This document shows positions 27,101-40,863 of a stretch of 64,000 bases of DNA, in pieces. This stretch comes from Owenia fusiformis (lineage: Eukaryota): contig CAIIXF020000001.1 in NCBI GenBank assembly GCA_903813345.2, positions 30,132,001-30,196,000 on the forward strand. The letters run 5' to 3'. A program made the translations under genes and the position numbers. Numbering within the stretch: the stretch's first letter is position 1; each line of letters starts with the position of its first letter. The notes under the pieces were generated by a model. The model saw only the letters and a program-made list of their open reading frames with translations, was not told the DNA's origin and searched no databases.

Positions 27101-28654
27101 AGATATTCAATCAGAATATATATTGATACAGATTGTTTTACTATTATGTGAATTGAAAGATAATAGATATGTTAGTAAGATTTCATGCCATTAAGTGAAT
27201 TTTGTTTACAATCAATGTTCATGGTAACAATTTTAGACCTTTAAGATATTTCAAACAGGTGTCTAATTTAATAAACACAAATTCAGTTGTTATTGGTATG
27301 GTATCATGGAAAATGAGTGCATGGTGTCAATTGAAAGTCTCACCAATATCTTCTCCTTTCAATACTTAATACTTGCTGTATACCCTCAAACCCTCGTCAC
27401 CAATGGGAAACAGAACATGAGAGAATATTTTAATTGATTCAGAACATGTCATTCCCTTTTCTTGATCTTCATTCTAAAAAACAAATCTTCCACAAGTGAG
27501 GGCAGAAACGAAGACATACAAAATGTCACCACATGCCATTTGTTACAGGTGCTATTGTCATAGTGCCACAAAAATCAATAATCTACAAAAAGTTGGAGAC
27601 TATAACAATATGTCACCACTTCTGGTGGTGACATAATTAAACTTTAAGTCGATTCTTAATGGTATTTTCTCATGACTAAGATTCTGGTACCTTTACCCAA
27701 TAAATATACAATATAGCCATCTTTCGTCCTTAAAATCCACTTTTGCAGAATACAATTGAACTCGATTTTGCTTACCACCACTATGTTGCGCTGACATGAA
27801 TATTGATAAGTAACCACACAAGATCCTAGGGTACACATTTTGCTTTCTGGTAATCATACCTGTATAACATCATTCATTTTAGCAGAATGAACAATCAAAT
27901 TTTTGTTTCGTGTTAAATATCCTATCAATTGTATGAAGGTTTAGATATATATAAAATAAAATAACAAATAGACTAGAAACTAATACATATGATTGATTGT
28001 ATTCCAAAATATTTATTACAATTCTTTGTGAGCAATATGTACATTTAATTAAAATTAGGATCTAAACAGGAGTATTTATGGTGAATGTAAACAGTATATG
28101 CGTATTTCAAAAGTATGAAAACATTATATTATATAATATGTCACAACATGTAAATTTTATGTATAATAATATAATTTGATATATTTCTATTTGCTATCAA
28201 TAAATATAGTATAATGTAAAAACAGTGTACAAGTAGTCTTAAAATATTGCATATATTTTATAATACCCTGTTAAGTTATGTGTTCAACCATGATAACAGC
28301 CAGATCATTTCATATTTTCCATTAAAAGTTGAATTCATATACATGTACTTTATGATTCCTCATACTACTACAGTGTATGTATTCAAAAGACAGACAGTAT
28401 GAAATAGCCTCATTCAATGTACAATTATACATGTACATGTATGTTGAATTATATCACAATTGATTTCAATATCACAAGTAAAATATAATATGTCATGTCG
28501 TAAATGTCATAAAATGCATCCTACACAAACACATGAGAATCCTACAATTCTTTTTGACGGTACATAGCTCTGGGAATAAGCAATTTCTTTCTCAAATCAT
28601 ATTTGACTGCTAATCTTTGGTTGTTTTATTTCAATATAATGCTTTTTATCAGTA

Positions 28655-31600
28655 CTAGCTTATACTGCAGGCTCTACTTAGTTCCTTTCCAGCTACAGCC
28701 ATTCTCTTAGGCCTGTATCTATCATTCTGCGAACCAATCAAATCTCTCCGTCTGTCTCCATTTATATGAACACCTTCTCCACTATCAATGAATTCAATAT
28801 CATTAGAGACATTTGAGTCACTCCGTTTCATGCTTTCATCTGGAATCGGGCTTTCTGGTAGAGTTCTTGAAGCGTTATGGTCTACACTCGACTCAGAATG
28901 TGGACTTGTTCTGATAATCTTTGGTTTCATGTTCTCTGTGGTCTCCCCATGTGTGTCACCTTAATTAATAATAATGTGAAAATAATATTTGATCTACAAG
29001 ATGTTATTTTAGCATTCTAATAACGCTGGAATTATACCATATAATTCACAAATAAAGATGTAGAGTAGATCACAGGGTGGATCATTTAAGTTGTATATTG
29101 TATTGTGGGACATAGTGTTTTACATACCTTTTTTGGTTTTACCTTTATATTATTCATGTCACAGTAGAGATATTTTGTAACAGTAAAAAACATAGTAAGT
29201 CCGACATAATGCAACGGCCCTTAAAAGGATGCAAGTTTCAGTAACTTGTGTCATATAACTTGTATTTTGTAATGTAAGCCTAAGTATTATCTCACTTTTC
29301 TCTGTTGCTGCCCTCAATTTCTTAAGTTGGTCAATAATAGCAGCTTCTCTCCAGTGATCAAAGGGAGCTACAGGGTCCATATCACTGGTCACTGAGGATT
29401 TGGTCTCTTCCTGGTGCTCCTTGCACAACCACAGTATCTTACCACTCCATGGCATCTGACATCTAAATCACATTGAGAAAATACTGAATGAGAAATGTCA
29501 AGGTCTTTATGGGTCAGGCTGTTTTATGTGTTCTCTTCAAAGCCACTGAATATTGCATTGAAATCATTGTTTTAAATATGTGAGCCCAAGACAGATATAT
29601 AGGCCAAGGTTATTCTGTGACCAACTGTGGTGGTCAATAAATCATCAAGAAAAACAATGTATTGCCAACTCATTATTTTTGCAGATTGAGTATTTTTTAG
29701 ATAAACAAGAAACAAATTTATAAGCTACACTAGTAACAAAAATAAACCTCTAACCACACCATGAAACGTTTTGTACCAATTTCTTCCCCCTACTCTTTTT
29801 CTGAAATGCTTGAGAGGAAAAAAGACTTGATATACATGAGTAAACCTTGTCCTCTTTAGCATATACTGTTTATGTCCATGTTTACCTTGCAAGGCCACCA
29901 TATGGGGCATTGGCCTGTATGTTTCCATCCATGTGCATTATATGCTGCCTCAAGATCTTGTAAACATTATTCAACTGGTTCACACTGCCAGTATGCCTGA
30001 AAGTAAAGAAAGTAATACTGGTACATTCTTTGGTACACTGTACATTGCCAGTATGCCTGAAGGTAAAGAAAGAAATACTGGTACATTTTTGGGTACACTG
30101 TACACTGCCAGTGTTCCTGCAAGTAAAGAAAGAAATACTGGTACATTTTTGGGTACACTGTACATTGCCAGTGTTCCTGCAAGTAAAGAAAGAAATACTG
30201 GTACATTCTTTGTTGCACTGTACATTGCCAGTGTTCCTGCAAGTAAAGAAAGAAATACTGGTACATTTTTGGGTACACTGTACATTGCCAGTGTTCCTGC
30301 AAGTAAAGAAAGTAATACTGGTACATTTTTGGGTACACTGTACATTGCCAGTGTTCCTGCAAGTAAAGAAAGAAAAACTGGTACATTTTTGGGTACACTG
30401 TACATTGCCAGTGTTCCTGCAAGTAAAGAAAGTAATACTGGTACATTTTTGGGTACACTGTACATTGCCAGTGTTCCTGCAAGTAAAGAAAGCAATACTG
30501 GTACATTTTTGGGTACACTGTACATTGCCAGTGTTCCTGCAAGTAAAGAAAGTAATACTGGTACATTTTTGGGTACACTGTTCATTGCCAGTGTTCCTGC
30601 AAGTAAAGAAAGTAATACTGGTACATTTTTGGGTACACTGTACATTGCCAGTGTTCCTGAAGTAAAGCAATACACTCTATGGTACACAAGAACCATCTAA
30701 AATGGGAATGTAATTTTACCTATAATGCAGATTACATTAGATTTGTGTAGATACTTTCTCATTTTTTCAATCTTAACATCTGGTCCAAAATATTGTACAA
30801 TTCCCAGTGAGGTAATCATTAAACAGAGCCAATAACTACAAAATATGCAATGTATATTTATGAATAGTTTCATGGGTAAACATTATATTACAATAACTAT
30901 ATGCAGTAATTGTTCCTTTCACATTTAGATTAATACATGGTGATAAGTCATTTACCGTTCAAGTGTTTCCATTATGAGCTTGCCAGCAGGTACATCAAGG
31001 CATGCAAGGCCCACATCACTGTGCTTAAGTATCATGTGTATCCTAGCTAGGTAAGGTGCACACAGCTCTAATAGATCAACAACAGACTCCTTATTTAGGT
31101 TGATCCTAAAGCAGTTTTTCGAAGTATGCCATCCACCTTCATGTTCACATAGAAACTTGAAACACATTTCTGGAATATCCTTCTCATCGGGAATAGTGTT
31201 TGTATCTGACTTACTCTCATTGTACACATCAATGACAAATAGCCGTGGGTATTGTTTGTGCCAAGTTTGATGGGGATCGATCATTGTGATCTGTCTCAGG
31301 AACTTCCTCTGAGCTAACTCATACAATTCTTGATAAGCATTCTGAGACAGTTTTGTTTTTACATCAGATGTGTTATTCTTGTTCATTTCAGTCTCTTTTT
31401 CTTTTAGTTCTTGAATTGTTTCCTTGCATGTTTCTAATAAATGGGGGAATGCTGCATTGTTGGGAGCTTGGAATGAATATTTCGGATATCCCAATGACAA
31501 CAGTCCAATCTGCAAATATAGGTACAAATAAGGCATTCAAATCCAAAATGTCACCACCTGCCATTTCTTACAGATGCCAAATGCCCAACACCAACCGCCG

Positions 31601-34600
31601 TCCACAAAGGTGGAGACTATAACAATGTGTCACCACCACAACAAAGGGATATTGCATCTGATATACAACATTTCTATTTAAATCTAAGTATGCAAAGAAT
31701 TAATTTCTTAAAGTTACCTGTGTAACCATGGAAATTATGATGTCATAGTGAGAGGAACAATAACCTAACAAATTTTTAATTTACGAAAGCGCTTTCAGTT
31801 GTTTACCTCTGTAGCCTCCCAATTACACCCAGTCCCCATTATAGCCAACACAATGGGTGCACCTGCAGTTATGTGGGCAAACCTAAACTCACTTTGACAG
31901 TTGGCTGAGCTCACATACTGGAAAATAGATATGTAGAGTTATGAAATTTTCCTTTTATGGTGCATCTCCAAAATAGAGAAATGCTAGATGTCCTGGCAGT
32001 GCCAAAGTTGCGATATGACACAAACTTTTATTAATTTTCATTTTATTCCAATAAATCACATGATGAAATTTTGTTTATCCTATGCCAAGTAGAGTTTTAG
32101 GGAGATAAGTTGGTAAGATATATCCCGTATCCTGATTTTGAGGTTTCCATATCCAGAACCTCCATATCTCCCGCTTCGGTGCATATCTTCCCGCTTCTGG
32201 TAATGCAATAAAATGACTTTGCATATGAATAATTTGTTTATTTTTACACCTTGAACTATTGAAATGGCCATATGCCCCTGGAAACTCTACTTGGTATAGG
32301 ATAAAGCAGTTATGTACGGTCGGTTTGGATATTGGGTTCATCCCTCGTGAGATATGCACATCTACCTTCGGTCCCTACGGTCTCTCAGGTAGATATGCAT
32401 ATCTCCCTCTGGATAAACCCCATATCCATAACCTCCCAGTACATAACCCTTATATATTTTTGTTTATATTATATTACCTTACCTCATCTGATATACATGC
32501 AATTATCACCTTGGAGTTTTTAATGCCATTCACAATGTCCTCAAATAGACCATTCTCACCAACTTGTTCTATGTCTAACCAGCACTACAATTAAAAGAAA
32601 GAACAATATTATTTATCATCTTATCTTTCGCACTTCACAGATCATTCTATTCTCTGACAAGTTAAAGAATTAAGGGTAACATACTAACCTTGACACCACT
32701 GGCCTCCAACTGTTCCTTCAAGAGCCTTGGATCCCCTGCCCCAACAGAGCCAGGCTTACCCCTAGCTTTACCAGCCTTCACTGCACTACCACTGTTGGAC
32801 CAGCAGTAACTCAGAAACACATCAAATTTCTCAGATTTGTTCTTCTTGACAGCCTTCTGTGTTAATCTGCTCTTGAGTTCCTTTAGCTTGTCAGGGTATT
32901 GGGACATCCTCTGCATGTTAATATACACCTACAACATCAAGGCATGTTACATTTCATATTAAACTATCGTTAAACTGGGACTTATCAAAATACAGATGTA
33001 CATGAACATTGGTCTTCCATTCAATTTTTTCCATACTAAATCTACCAATGGTGAATTAAATGTGATTATGTGAGCAAATGCTGGCTCAATCATGTTAACA
33101 TGACTATGATCTGATTTATCAGTTATGAAGAAATCTGAGGTATTATCAAAATACCATGTACCAATTTCTTCCTTAATAGCCTCAGTCACATTTGCTCTAC
33201 GGCTGTCTACAAATCTACATTGAACTGCATATCCATATATCTTATGCTGCATATTTCTCTTGATTTTGAGAGCTCCTGTCGACATACAGTTGCCGTAAAT
33301 CAAATGTGACTGAGACATTACTTGACAGAAGATAATTTCATTGAGACATCTCAAAGTTCAGTTAATTACCTGATGAGAGACCATCATTCCAATGTTTGTG
33401 TTCTGCCAGTCCCTGTTAGTGCCCACCATGGCCAGAATTGTAGGCTTGTGGAGAAAGTTCCTGGCATGAAGGTACATACTTTGACAGATGGGATCATGTA
33501 CAAAGTCTGTAGAGATGAATACTAGGATATGCTGGAAATATAGAGGGGGTAGGTATAGAATAAAGATGCATGTATTTGAGATACAGAAGTGAGGTATCAA
33601 TGTATCAAGGGGTGTCATGAGAATGCAGCCTTTAATAATCTGCAAATCTGCTATTGGCAATGACAAGTCATTGCAATGCAAAGGCATACAGCTGAATTAC
33701 AGGTATGAACATGCAAAATGTCACCACCTGCCATTAGTTACACACAGCAAATGCTGAACACCAACTGCCGAACACCATCGAGAAAAAAGTTGGAGACTAT
33801 AAAAATGTTACCAGAAATGCAGAGGGCTAGCGCAAGGTATATTATGTACAACTTAATGAAATTAGCTAAATCATTTCAAATCAATTATTACTGTGGGTTT
33901 CTCATAACACATTTGTTAACATAACATGGCTTACATGTCTAAGATTACTTACCCTTGAATCTTGCATTGCAGTCATGATATCCTCCACATCAACATTTGT
34001 GAGATTTTCCTTGAAACAACATGAGTAGCCAGCTTCTTCTAGATCTTTCATCAGTTTTCCTGGATGAAGCTGGCTCTCATCAGACTTATCAGCTGGTATA
34101 TCAGCCTGACAGTAGAGGAAGAATATGTCATGTAGGAAGTTCTGCTTCAAGTCATCTAAACCTTGCACAGCATTCTGTATTTGTAGATCAAAATCATTGG
34201 CATCACTTGGCAAAATTGCAGCTGAAACATGAAAAAAAGGCAAAACTCAAAAAAACTGCATAGCTGATGAATGGCCTGATTACAAAAAAGAAGAGGACAT
34301 TGAAGAGGGTAAGAATATGGATGGAAAGTGCCTGGTAAGCTCTAGAATGTTCTGATATAATTTTTTAAGTGACAAAAACCAAAAGGCAAAGCTCAATAAA
34401 AAACGCCTTTTCACAAGCACATTAGCAGAGAAACCCACGTCTGTTTAAGCTTCATACAATATATGACTAGATAAGACATTGAAATTTTATTTCTGCTATA
34501 TGTTTAATTATTTAGTGTTGAAACGGTGGCAATCCTGTCATTTATTGTTTTATTCCTAACATGTATTTAGCACTAGAAATTGCACACATTAAATTATTGC

Positions 34601-37600
34601 CACATATCAGAGATTTTGTGTACCTTGGACTTCTTGTATAGATATTGAGTGGAAATGTTTGTGACATTGTAGGAATAAAGCTCTTCTATCTACCACCCTT
34701 CTCAATATATCACTGGTGAACATCATTGGAGAATTAACCTCCTGAAATCATCATAGTTGGTACATAAACACCCAGCATAAACAATCAATTGTAATCAATA
34801 CAAGGGTCATCTACTCATTTATACTTAACACTATGGAATAACTTGTACATGTACAATAACAACCTCTTTGAAGACTTTAAGCCATGCACTCACCTCTTTG
34901 ATACAATCTTTACATGGGAGCATGTATTTGTATTTGACTCCATGGAATGACTCGTACAATAGACTCTCTATCACCTCATGTATGAGCAGGATCATATTGT
35001 CTGGCTTCACTCCCATAGCTTCAATTTGCAGCTTGGACTGACTATAACATAACAGTATTATCCTAAACTCATCCAGGCCCGTTGCCAGGGGGGGGGTTCC
35101 ATGGGTTCGAGCGAACCCCCCCCCCCCCCTCCCATGGCCAAAAAATCTTTCAAAATCATGCAGTTTTTCACCATTCTGAGCAGTTTTTAAGTGATTTTGG
35201 CCATTTTGGCCCAAAATTGTCACAAAGGAACACCCCCTGGAAATTTTCAAAAAGTGAACCCCCCTTGGCAAATCCTGGCTACGGGCCTGTCATCTGTGTA
35301 CTTTTAATTGTATATTGATTTTAAAGATATTAAATCAAACAAATTACTAAAGAGTTAGAAAATATCAAATACTGATCAACTTACTCAAACTTTGTTATGA
35401 GCGCCATCTGGTTATTCTTTTTCAGTAGTGAGCCATTTTTCCACATGAGGGCATTGTCTGTATACTGACACAAACGCACCTACATGAGAGCATATCAATT
35501 AATGAACAAAATTAAGGAAAACATAAATAATCAAATACAGTCTAATCAGAAAACAGAAACATTCATTGAATGGTGTAATAACTATTTTGTTCAAACTACT
35601 GAAGATTTATAAAATATTGATTTATAAATGTTAAACTATATCGTAAGTACAGATGAATATGCCTTTAAATCAAGCTAACCTATAATGTATTGAACTAACC
35701 TGCACTCTGTTGAAGAGACCAGCTGGCAAATAATCAAATACATAGACAAGCTTTCTCTCATATTCTTCAGGGCCAAGTAAAGGCATGTCAATCTGGAATA
35801 AAGTAAGAGTATGGTTAATATGATGTTCAGCACACCACTATAATATTGCATAATGTATCTGGAAAACACATGTATTGTAATATTGAATACAATCTAGGTA
35901 ATCTTAATTCTGAAAGTATCATCGAAAGCTAACATGATGAATTGAAATTAACTCATCTTTATTTATTTCACAATCGATTACCAATTATTCTAAACAGTGC
36001 TTGCTTTTTTCTCATTCCAAAAGACTGGTGCAATCATTTGAGTAATGAGTGAGTTATTAAAAAACTGCTTATAAATATATCACCTTTGGTCTTGCAGATG
36101 GAAGCAGACAAGGAACTATATTTGCTTCCTCATCCGGGAGTGGAAATGTCAAATCAAACGTTTCTGTCAAATGCAACAACCAATCATGGAGTTCAGGTTG
36201 ATATTTCTTCCAGATAGTGCTGACATCTTTATGTTGTAGTTTTCCATCTTGTATAATGTTGTCGTGCACAGAAACAATGCAGGACATGACATCAACTATC
36301 CACTGGGGATTGATAACCACTTTGTCCCTCAATCGCTGCTTCTCAAAGTGCTGTATTACACCAAGGTCATTTAGGAATCTTATAACCTGGCCGACCTGGA
36401 ATGAGAATTCCTTACTTTTAATATATTTTTCAACTATTACAAGTGAAAACTTAAGTTTTGTCTTTAATATGAAAACTGTCCTCTTACGCAAATACTAGTA
36501 TATAAGTAAATTTGAAAGGCTGCATATGGTACACTCTAAAAATTGGGTTTACATTTTTGAGATGTTCAATATACATTAAATGTTATTTACATGTGTACAG
36601 TATGTGTATATGTGTGACAGGATGTTTTAGATTTTCAAACCCTACTGTGGAGAGTTATATTTTTATGTATTTCAATTATATTTTCAAACCCTGCTAGGAG
36701 AATAGCTTTGATTTACACACAGTGTGCATATGCAAGGGGATTAACCTTGATTGCATTTACTTTCCAAATCACCAGTGCTAGCCTTGATTTTGAACTGTAA
36801 AGACATGGTAAGAAATTTTCATATATTTTTGTCACTTTTTACCCTTTAGAATATGCCAACATTATGCCAATTGTATTCATTTTATTCTCCATAACTTTAG
36901 CTCCAATTTGATGTAAATATTATTTTGTATTTCAAATACTTTTGAGTAATTTCTTTGTAAAACTTGAACAATGTGTTGAAACAATTGTCCATAAGGTGAT
37001 GTTCATTTCATGCACCTGTGCGTTATTCATTTACAATTAAAACCACCATTTATGTCATTTCATATGACTTATCTTGGTACACACGTTTTACAGGAGACAC
37101 TGTGTGCGTACTAAAGATGTATGGCTAGCACTCAGAGACTGTATAGCTTATTTTATAAGGTACATTCCACATTTTATTTTATATTGCTCAATTGTAAACC
37201 TTCATGGTACATTTTGCATAAAGTAACTGAATTATATTTATATTTGGTAATTTCAATAGAGAAATGTATGTAGTGCGTCAAGCACAGTATAAGGGTTTTC
37301 TTGGGAACAGAATAAGGGCCCTTTAAGTCCCATAGCCCTTAGTACTAAGAAGTTTATCATAAAACTGTATGTTTCATTATTGTATTTTACCTGCTTTACA
37401 AACAGCTATTTGTACATTACTTTTATTTGCAGCTCTGGGGTACAAACTAGGTGCACAGCCTTAAGCATTTGTGGTTTTGGTCTTAAGTGAGTTAGTGATT
37501 TAGGTAGCTTGAATACAAGATCAGTTAGTGATTTAGGTAGCTTGAGTACAAGATCAGTTAGTGATTTAGGTAGCTTGAATACAAGATCAGTTAGTGATTT

Positions 37601-40600
37601 AGGTAGCTTGAGTATTAAGATCAGTTGAGAGAATTAGCTCATTTGCATAACATTTTGATCATTTGATTGATTATAGGGTTGAATACATTTTAAATACATT
37701 TTACATTCTTATTCTGTTAATTCGATTTGTAATGTAACCCACGTCCACTCCCCCATGGTTACATATGTATTTAGTTTTCTTCCAGTTCTTACCTCTTTGT
37801 CATTGATGCCCTGATATTCTGCCATGCTAACCACTCTGTCCCAGTCTAATATACTGTCACCAGACCTAGCTCTGCAACATTGATAATCAATATATAATTT
37901 CACACAAAACACTTTTAAATCAAATCATTACCCAATCTTAAGATAACACAATGCGGGCCTTTAAATCTAAAAAGGTTCTGAATATAGATAAGGCATAGAA
38001 AGGCTCTACTGTATAATATTCTTTGCAGATTCTATAAACTTGTTTCTGTAATTAAAAATATATTCTAACATAACTTATGTACACAAGTAGTATGTAGTGC
38101 CTAATAATACCCAAGTTATAAAACTGAAATTTTTGACAAAGTTTTTATCTTAAAGCACTTTTGTCTTATGTTTGTCATATGTTCAACATAGGGCTGGCAC
38201 GGAACGGAATTATTGTCCGAACCGTCCGATTTTGCCTTCGGAAACGGAATTTCGGACCTATCTTCTCATATTCCGATAATTTTCGGAATTTTTATTTTCC
38301 TTAAAGAACATTCACTTATCGTTATAGCGACAGGCTAACTTGCTATAGCAAACTAGTACTATGAAACGAAATCAATAAATATATATAATTATTAAACATT
38401 TTCACTCGGTAAAGTTGTTTTATATGTAATGAATGATAGAAATAAATAAAGTATGATTGTTTTATGTTTCAGTACCTATAAGAATTATTGTAAGAAAGAC
38501 AATATACAGTTGTATGCCAAGGTGCCAAGAAGGCAAGGACAATTAACATTTTGCCATTAGTTTTGAACATTTATGCCACTTGTTCTGGCAGTTAGATAGA
38601 GTTAGTGTTTGTATTTAATAAACATAATACAACTTACATATATATAGTTGTACAATGCTGTTCCAATGGTAACATAATGAGAACTTAAGGGGAGAAGTAG
38701 GAACTATTTTAAATAAGGTCCGAAATTGCGAAAGTTCCGAATTCCGAAGCCAAGTTCGGAATTCCGTTTCGTTCCGATTCTGTTCCGTTCCATGCCAGCC
38801 CTAGTTCAACATGCAAATCAACTGATAATCAAAAGCTTTTTAAAGTGATGTTCATAATTATAAACAGAATAGGTAAGGTTCTCTGGTAAATATTACAAGC
38901 TTATTATTTAGCGTATACAAGTAGCTCACATTACATTACGAGATATATCATATCATATTATCATCATATTATATATCACAAGCGTATTACATACTTGATT
39001 AATGCCCTCTCAAGACCTATCCAGGCTTGAGGTACTCTCTCTCCAATGTATGGTTGTTTAAGAGTGGCTTCGTTGATCCCATCTAACAGCTCAACAACTC
39101 CCTAAAAGATGGCGACAAATCTACATGTACTTTGAATGAAAACAACACAAGGAGGATTGGCAGTCATTATTCAAACTCAATACTCCTTGCCTGTAGTGGG
39201 ACAATTTGGTAAAAATATTTCTATTAGGTTCTCTTTGGACCAAGTATTTTGTTGAAAGAAGGTCATTACGAATATTTTCTTTAACGAAAATTGTTCTATG
39301 CTGGGCAATGGAGCATTGAGTTTGAATAGCGGCTTCCAATCCTCCTTTACTTAAAAACAACAGGTCAATATTAAAGGGATCAAAAAGTTCATTGTACTTT
39401 TTGTGTTGGGGGAAGGGTTGAGGTTGAAAGCTATTTTATTTTAGTTTGCATTCCAATATTCTTCAAGTTTGCATGAGTAATCTACAGTTTACGACCAAGA
39501 TTTGCTAACTCCACTTAGCACTTTCACAAATGATGATAATTCTTCATAAATTGAAAAAAAATTGGCTTGTAACATAACATAAAGTCACTAATTAAGTGAT
39601 TTTGTATTAAAACAGTGAATAATGTAACATACTGAAATCGCTTCTGATACAACTTTTTGTTCTTACCTTGCCAGTCAGCGAGCTTATCTTGAAGAAGCCC
39701 TCAATGCTGGGATATCGCTCCTTCAAGTCAATCTGGGGAATCTCACTTTTTGACACCTGTATTGTTATAATTATATAGAGTTATAATATTCCATTGACAT
39801 TTCCTAGTCATATCTGGAAATGACACCACTTATACTCGTATCGCATAAGATAACAGATTTATGAGAGATAATGTTGAAAAACATTTCCAGAAAATTCTGA
39901 TCAATTACATTTGTTATTTAACTTCAAATGACATTATTACTTGACTTAAGGGACATCTGGATAAGACAATGTGATGAGATATGTGACGTGTAAATTAAAA
40001 CTGACACACATATATTATATTAACATAGTAAACCATTGTACACAAATATTTTGCATTTTTATGAACTAAGTTTACCTTATCAGCATGTGTTCCCACTATA
40101 AATATGGGTGCTTCAGGAGCATGGCTCTGTATGGAACTCAACCAAAAGTCCAGACCTGCATGTTCATACCCCAGCCTTGTGTTCCATATAAGTAGGTACA
40201 CTGCCCTCTTCGACAGGAAGAACTATGGGAGAGAATACACTGAATTACTTTTCTAATTACATGAACATACATGAAGAACCAGCCTGTAGAACCAGTCATT
40301 TTTTAGGTTTACTGAGTCAAGTTTTATTACATTCATTTGACTTCTGGCCTATATTTGGCTGAAAATTGTATTGTATTCATTCTATTAATTGTATCCATTC
40401 TATGCAAGGCCAGGGGGCAAACATGTATAGTAATAAATAAGTTCTTTCAAATAGAAACATTGGTCTTCACATTTCAATAAAGTCAAATGTGATTGGGGTT
40501 TGTGCCTTCATTGTGGAATTATATCGCTCATTTGAGGATAAACTGTTGCTCAAAAGCAGTCACGGTTGAATTGATTCCCACTCCATCCAATGAATGGAGT

Positions 40601-40863
40601 CACCAGAGATTACCATGATGCCTTGTAATCACATTGACTGTTAACTACCATAGTGCATTTTAATTTATCATAACCTTTGGCTTACCTGGTGGGTGTTGTA
40701 ATAGAGACTCTGGCCAGCAAAGTCCCACACACTATAGCTGAGAGTCTGGTCATGTTTGGCATCAACCTGCCATGTTGAAATGTCAATACCATCAGTGATA
40801 TTGTCTCCCAGTTTTGTAGGAGCCTTGTGACCATTGTCTTTACTCATCAGGGACCGAATCAAA
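28655..40863 (-). CDS. ROCO-family protein: Roc GTPase - COR - two TIR-like domains - C-terminal CaaX (5' exons including the P-loop not found)
   Basis: Phase-compatible exons (high to low): 40863-40686 (ITDGIDI..VWDFAGQ..YYNTHQ), 40222-40076 (FFLSKRAVYLL..VGTHADK), 39756-39667, 39101-38995, 37871-37793, 36395-36084 (FLNDLG..VINPQW..IVPCLLP, COR), 35792-35700 (YLPAGLFNRVQ), 35479-35385, 35041-34894, 34741-34624, 34221-33953 (DIFFLYC), 33531-33370, 32928-32689 (DVFLSYCW), 32584-32483 (CWLDIEQ..IIACISDE), 31917-31807 (YVSSANCQSEF), 31509-30956, 29996-29886, 29462-29296, 28959-28655 (..SRACSIS*). Confidence 0.9.
29981..30670 (-). repeat. 60-bp minisatellite, about 11.5 copies, each carrying the ROCO exon acceptor
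   Basis: Consecutive 60-bp lines are near-identical. On the minus strand each unit has a pyrimidine tract, CAG and the exon start (G[AC]A[CT]ACTGGCA). Confidence 0.95.
32074..32447. mobile_element. Non-autonomous element with subterminal inverted repeat plus long terminal hairpin (Crypton-like architecture)
   Basis: IR tttatcctatgccaagtagagttt (32074) / aaactctacttggtataggataaa (about 32283-32306), then a long imperfect hairpin gttatgtac...gtacataac (32309-32447). Similar builds at about 43700-43830, 44746-45066 and 51322-51520. Confidence 0.5.
35074..35289. mobile_element. 216-bp MITE, hAT-type CAG..CTG ends with 5-bp TSD (hAT5-like)
   Basis: TIR caggcccgttgccagg / cctggctacgggcctg (1 mismatch in 16). 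TCATC on both sides (35069-73, 35290-94). Related fragments at about 44012-44105 and 50480-50590. Confidence 0.8.
37491..37626. repeat. 33-bp tandem repeat x4 (intronic)
   Basis: gttagtgatttaggtagcttga(a/g)tacaagatca repeated. Confidence 0.9.
38189..38803. mobile_element. hAT-family MITE (615 bp) in ROCO intron
   Basis: 21-bp TIR tagggctggcacggaacggaa / ttccgttccatgccagcccta (1 mismatch). 8-bp TSD GTTCAACA at 38181-88 and 38804-11. Subterminal (T)CCGA/TCGG repeats. Confidence 0.93.

Noticed and set aside
29128..29219. Candidate ROCO exon with a good GTATGT donor
   Set aside because: It would end in phase 0, but the terminal exon needs phase 1. 29296 joins 28959 directly.
29933..30700. Four other long ORFs over the 60-bp repeat
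   Set aside because: They are by-products of a stop-free unit divisible by 3. Only the minus frame continuous with the ROCO exon has support.
30720..30835. Candidate extra ROCO exon (YWLCLMITSLG...)
   Set aside because: Its end phase (1) is incompatible with the next exon (needs 2). The flanking exons join in frame without it.
32959..33354. 131-aa minus-strand ORF inside the ROCO gene
   Set aside because: It lies in an intron whose flanking exons join in frame and has no recognisable motif.
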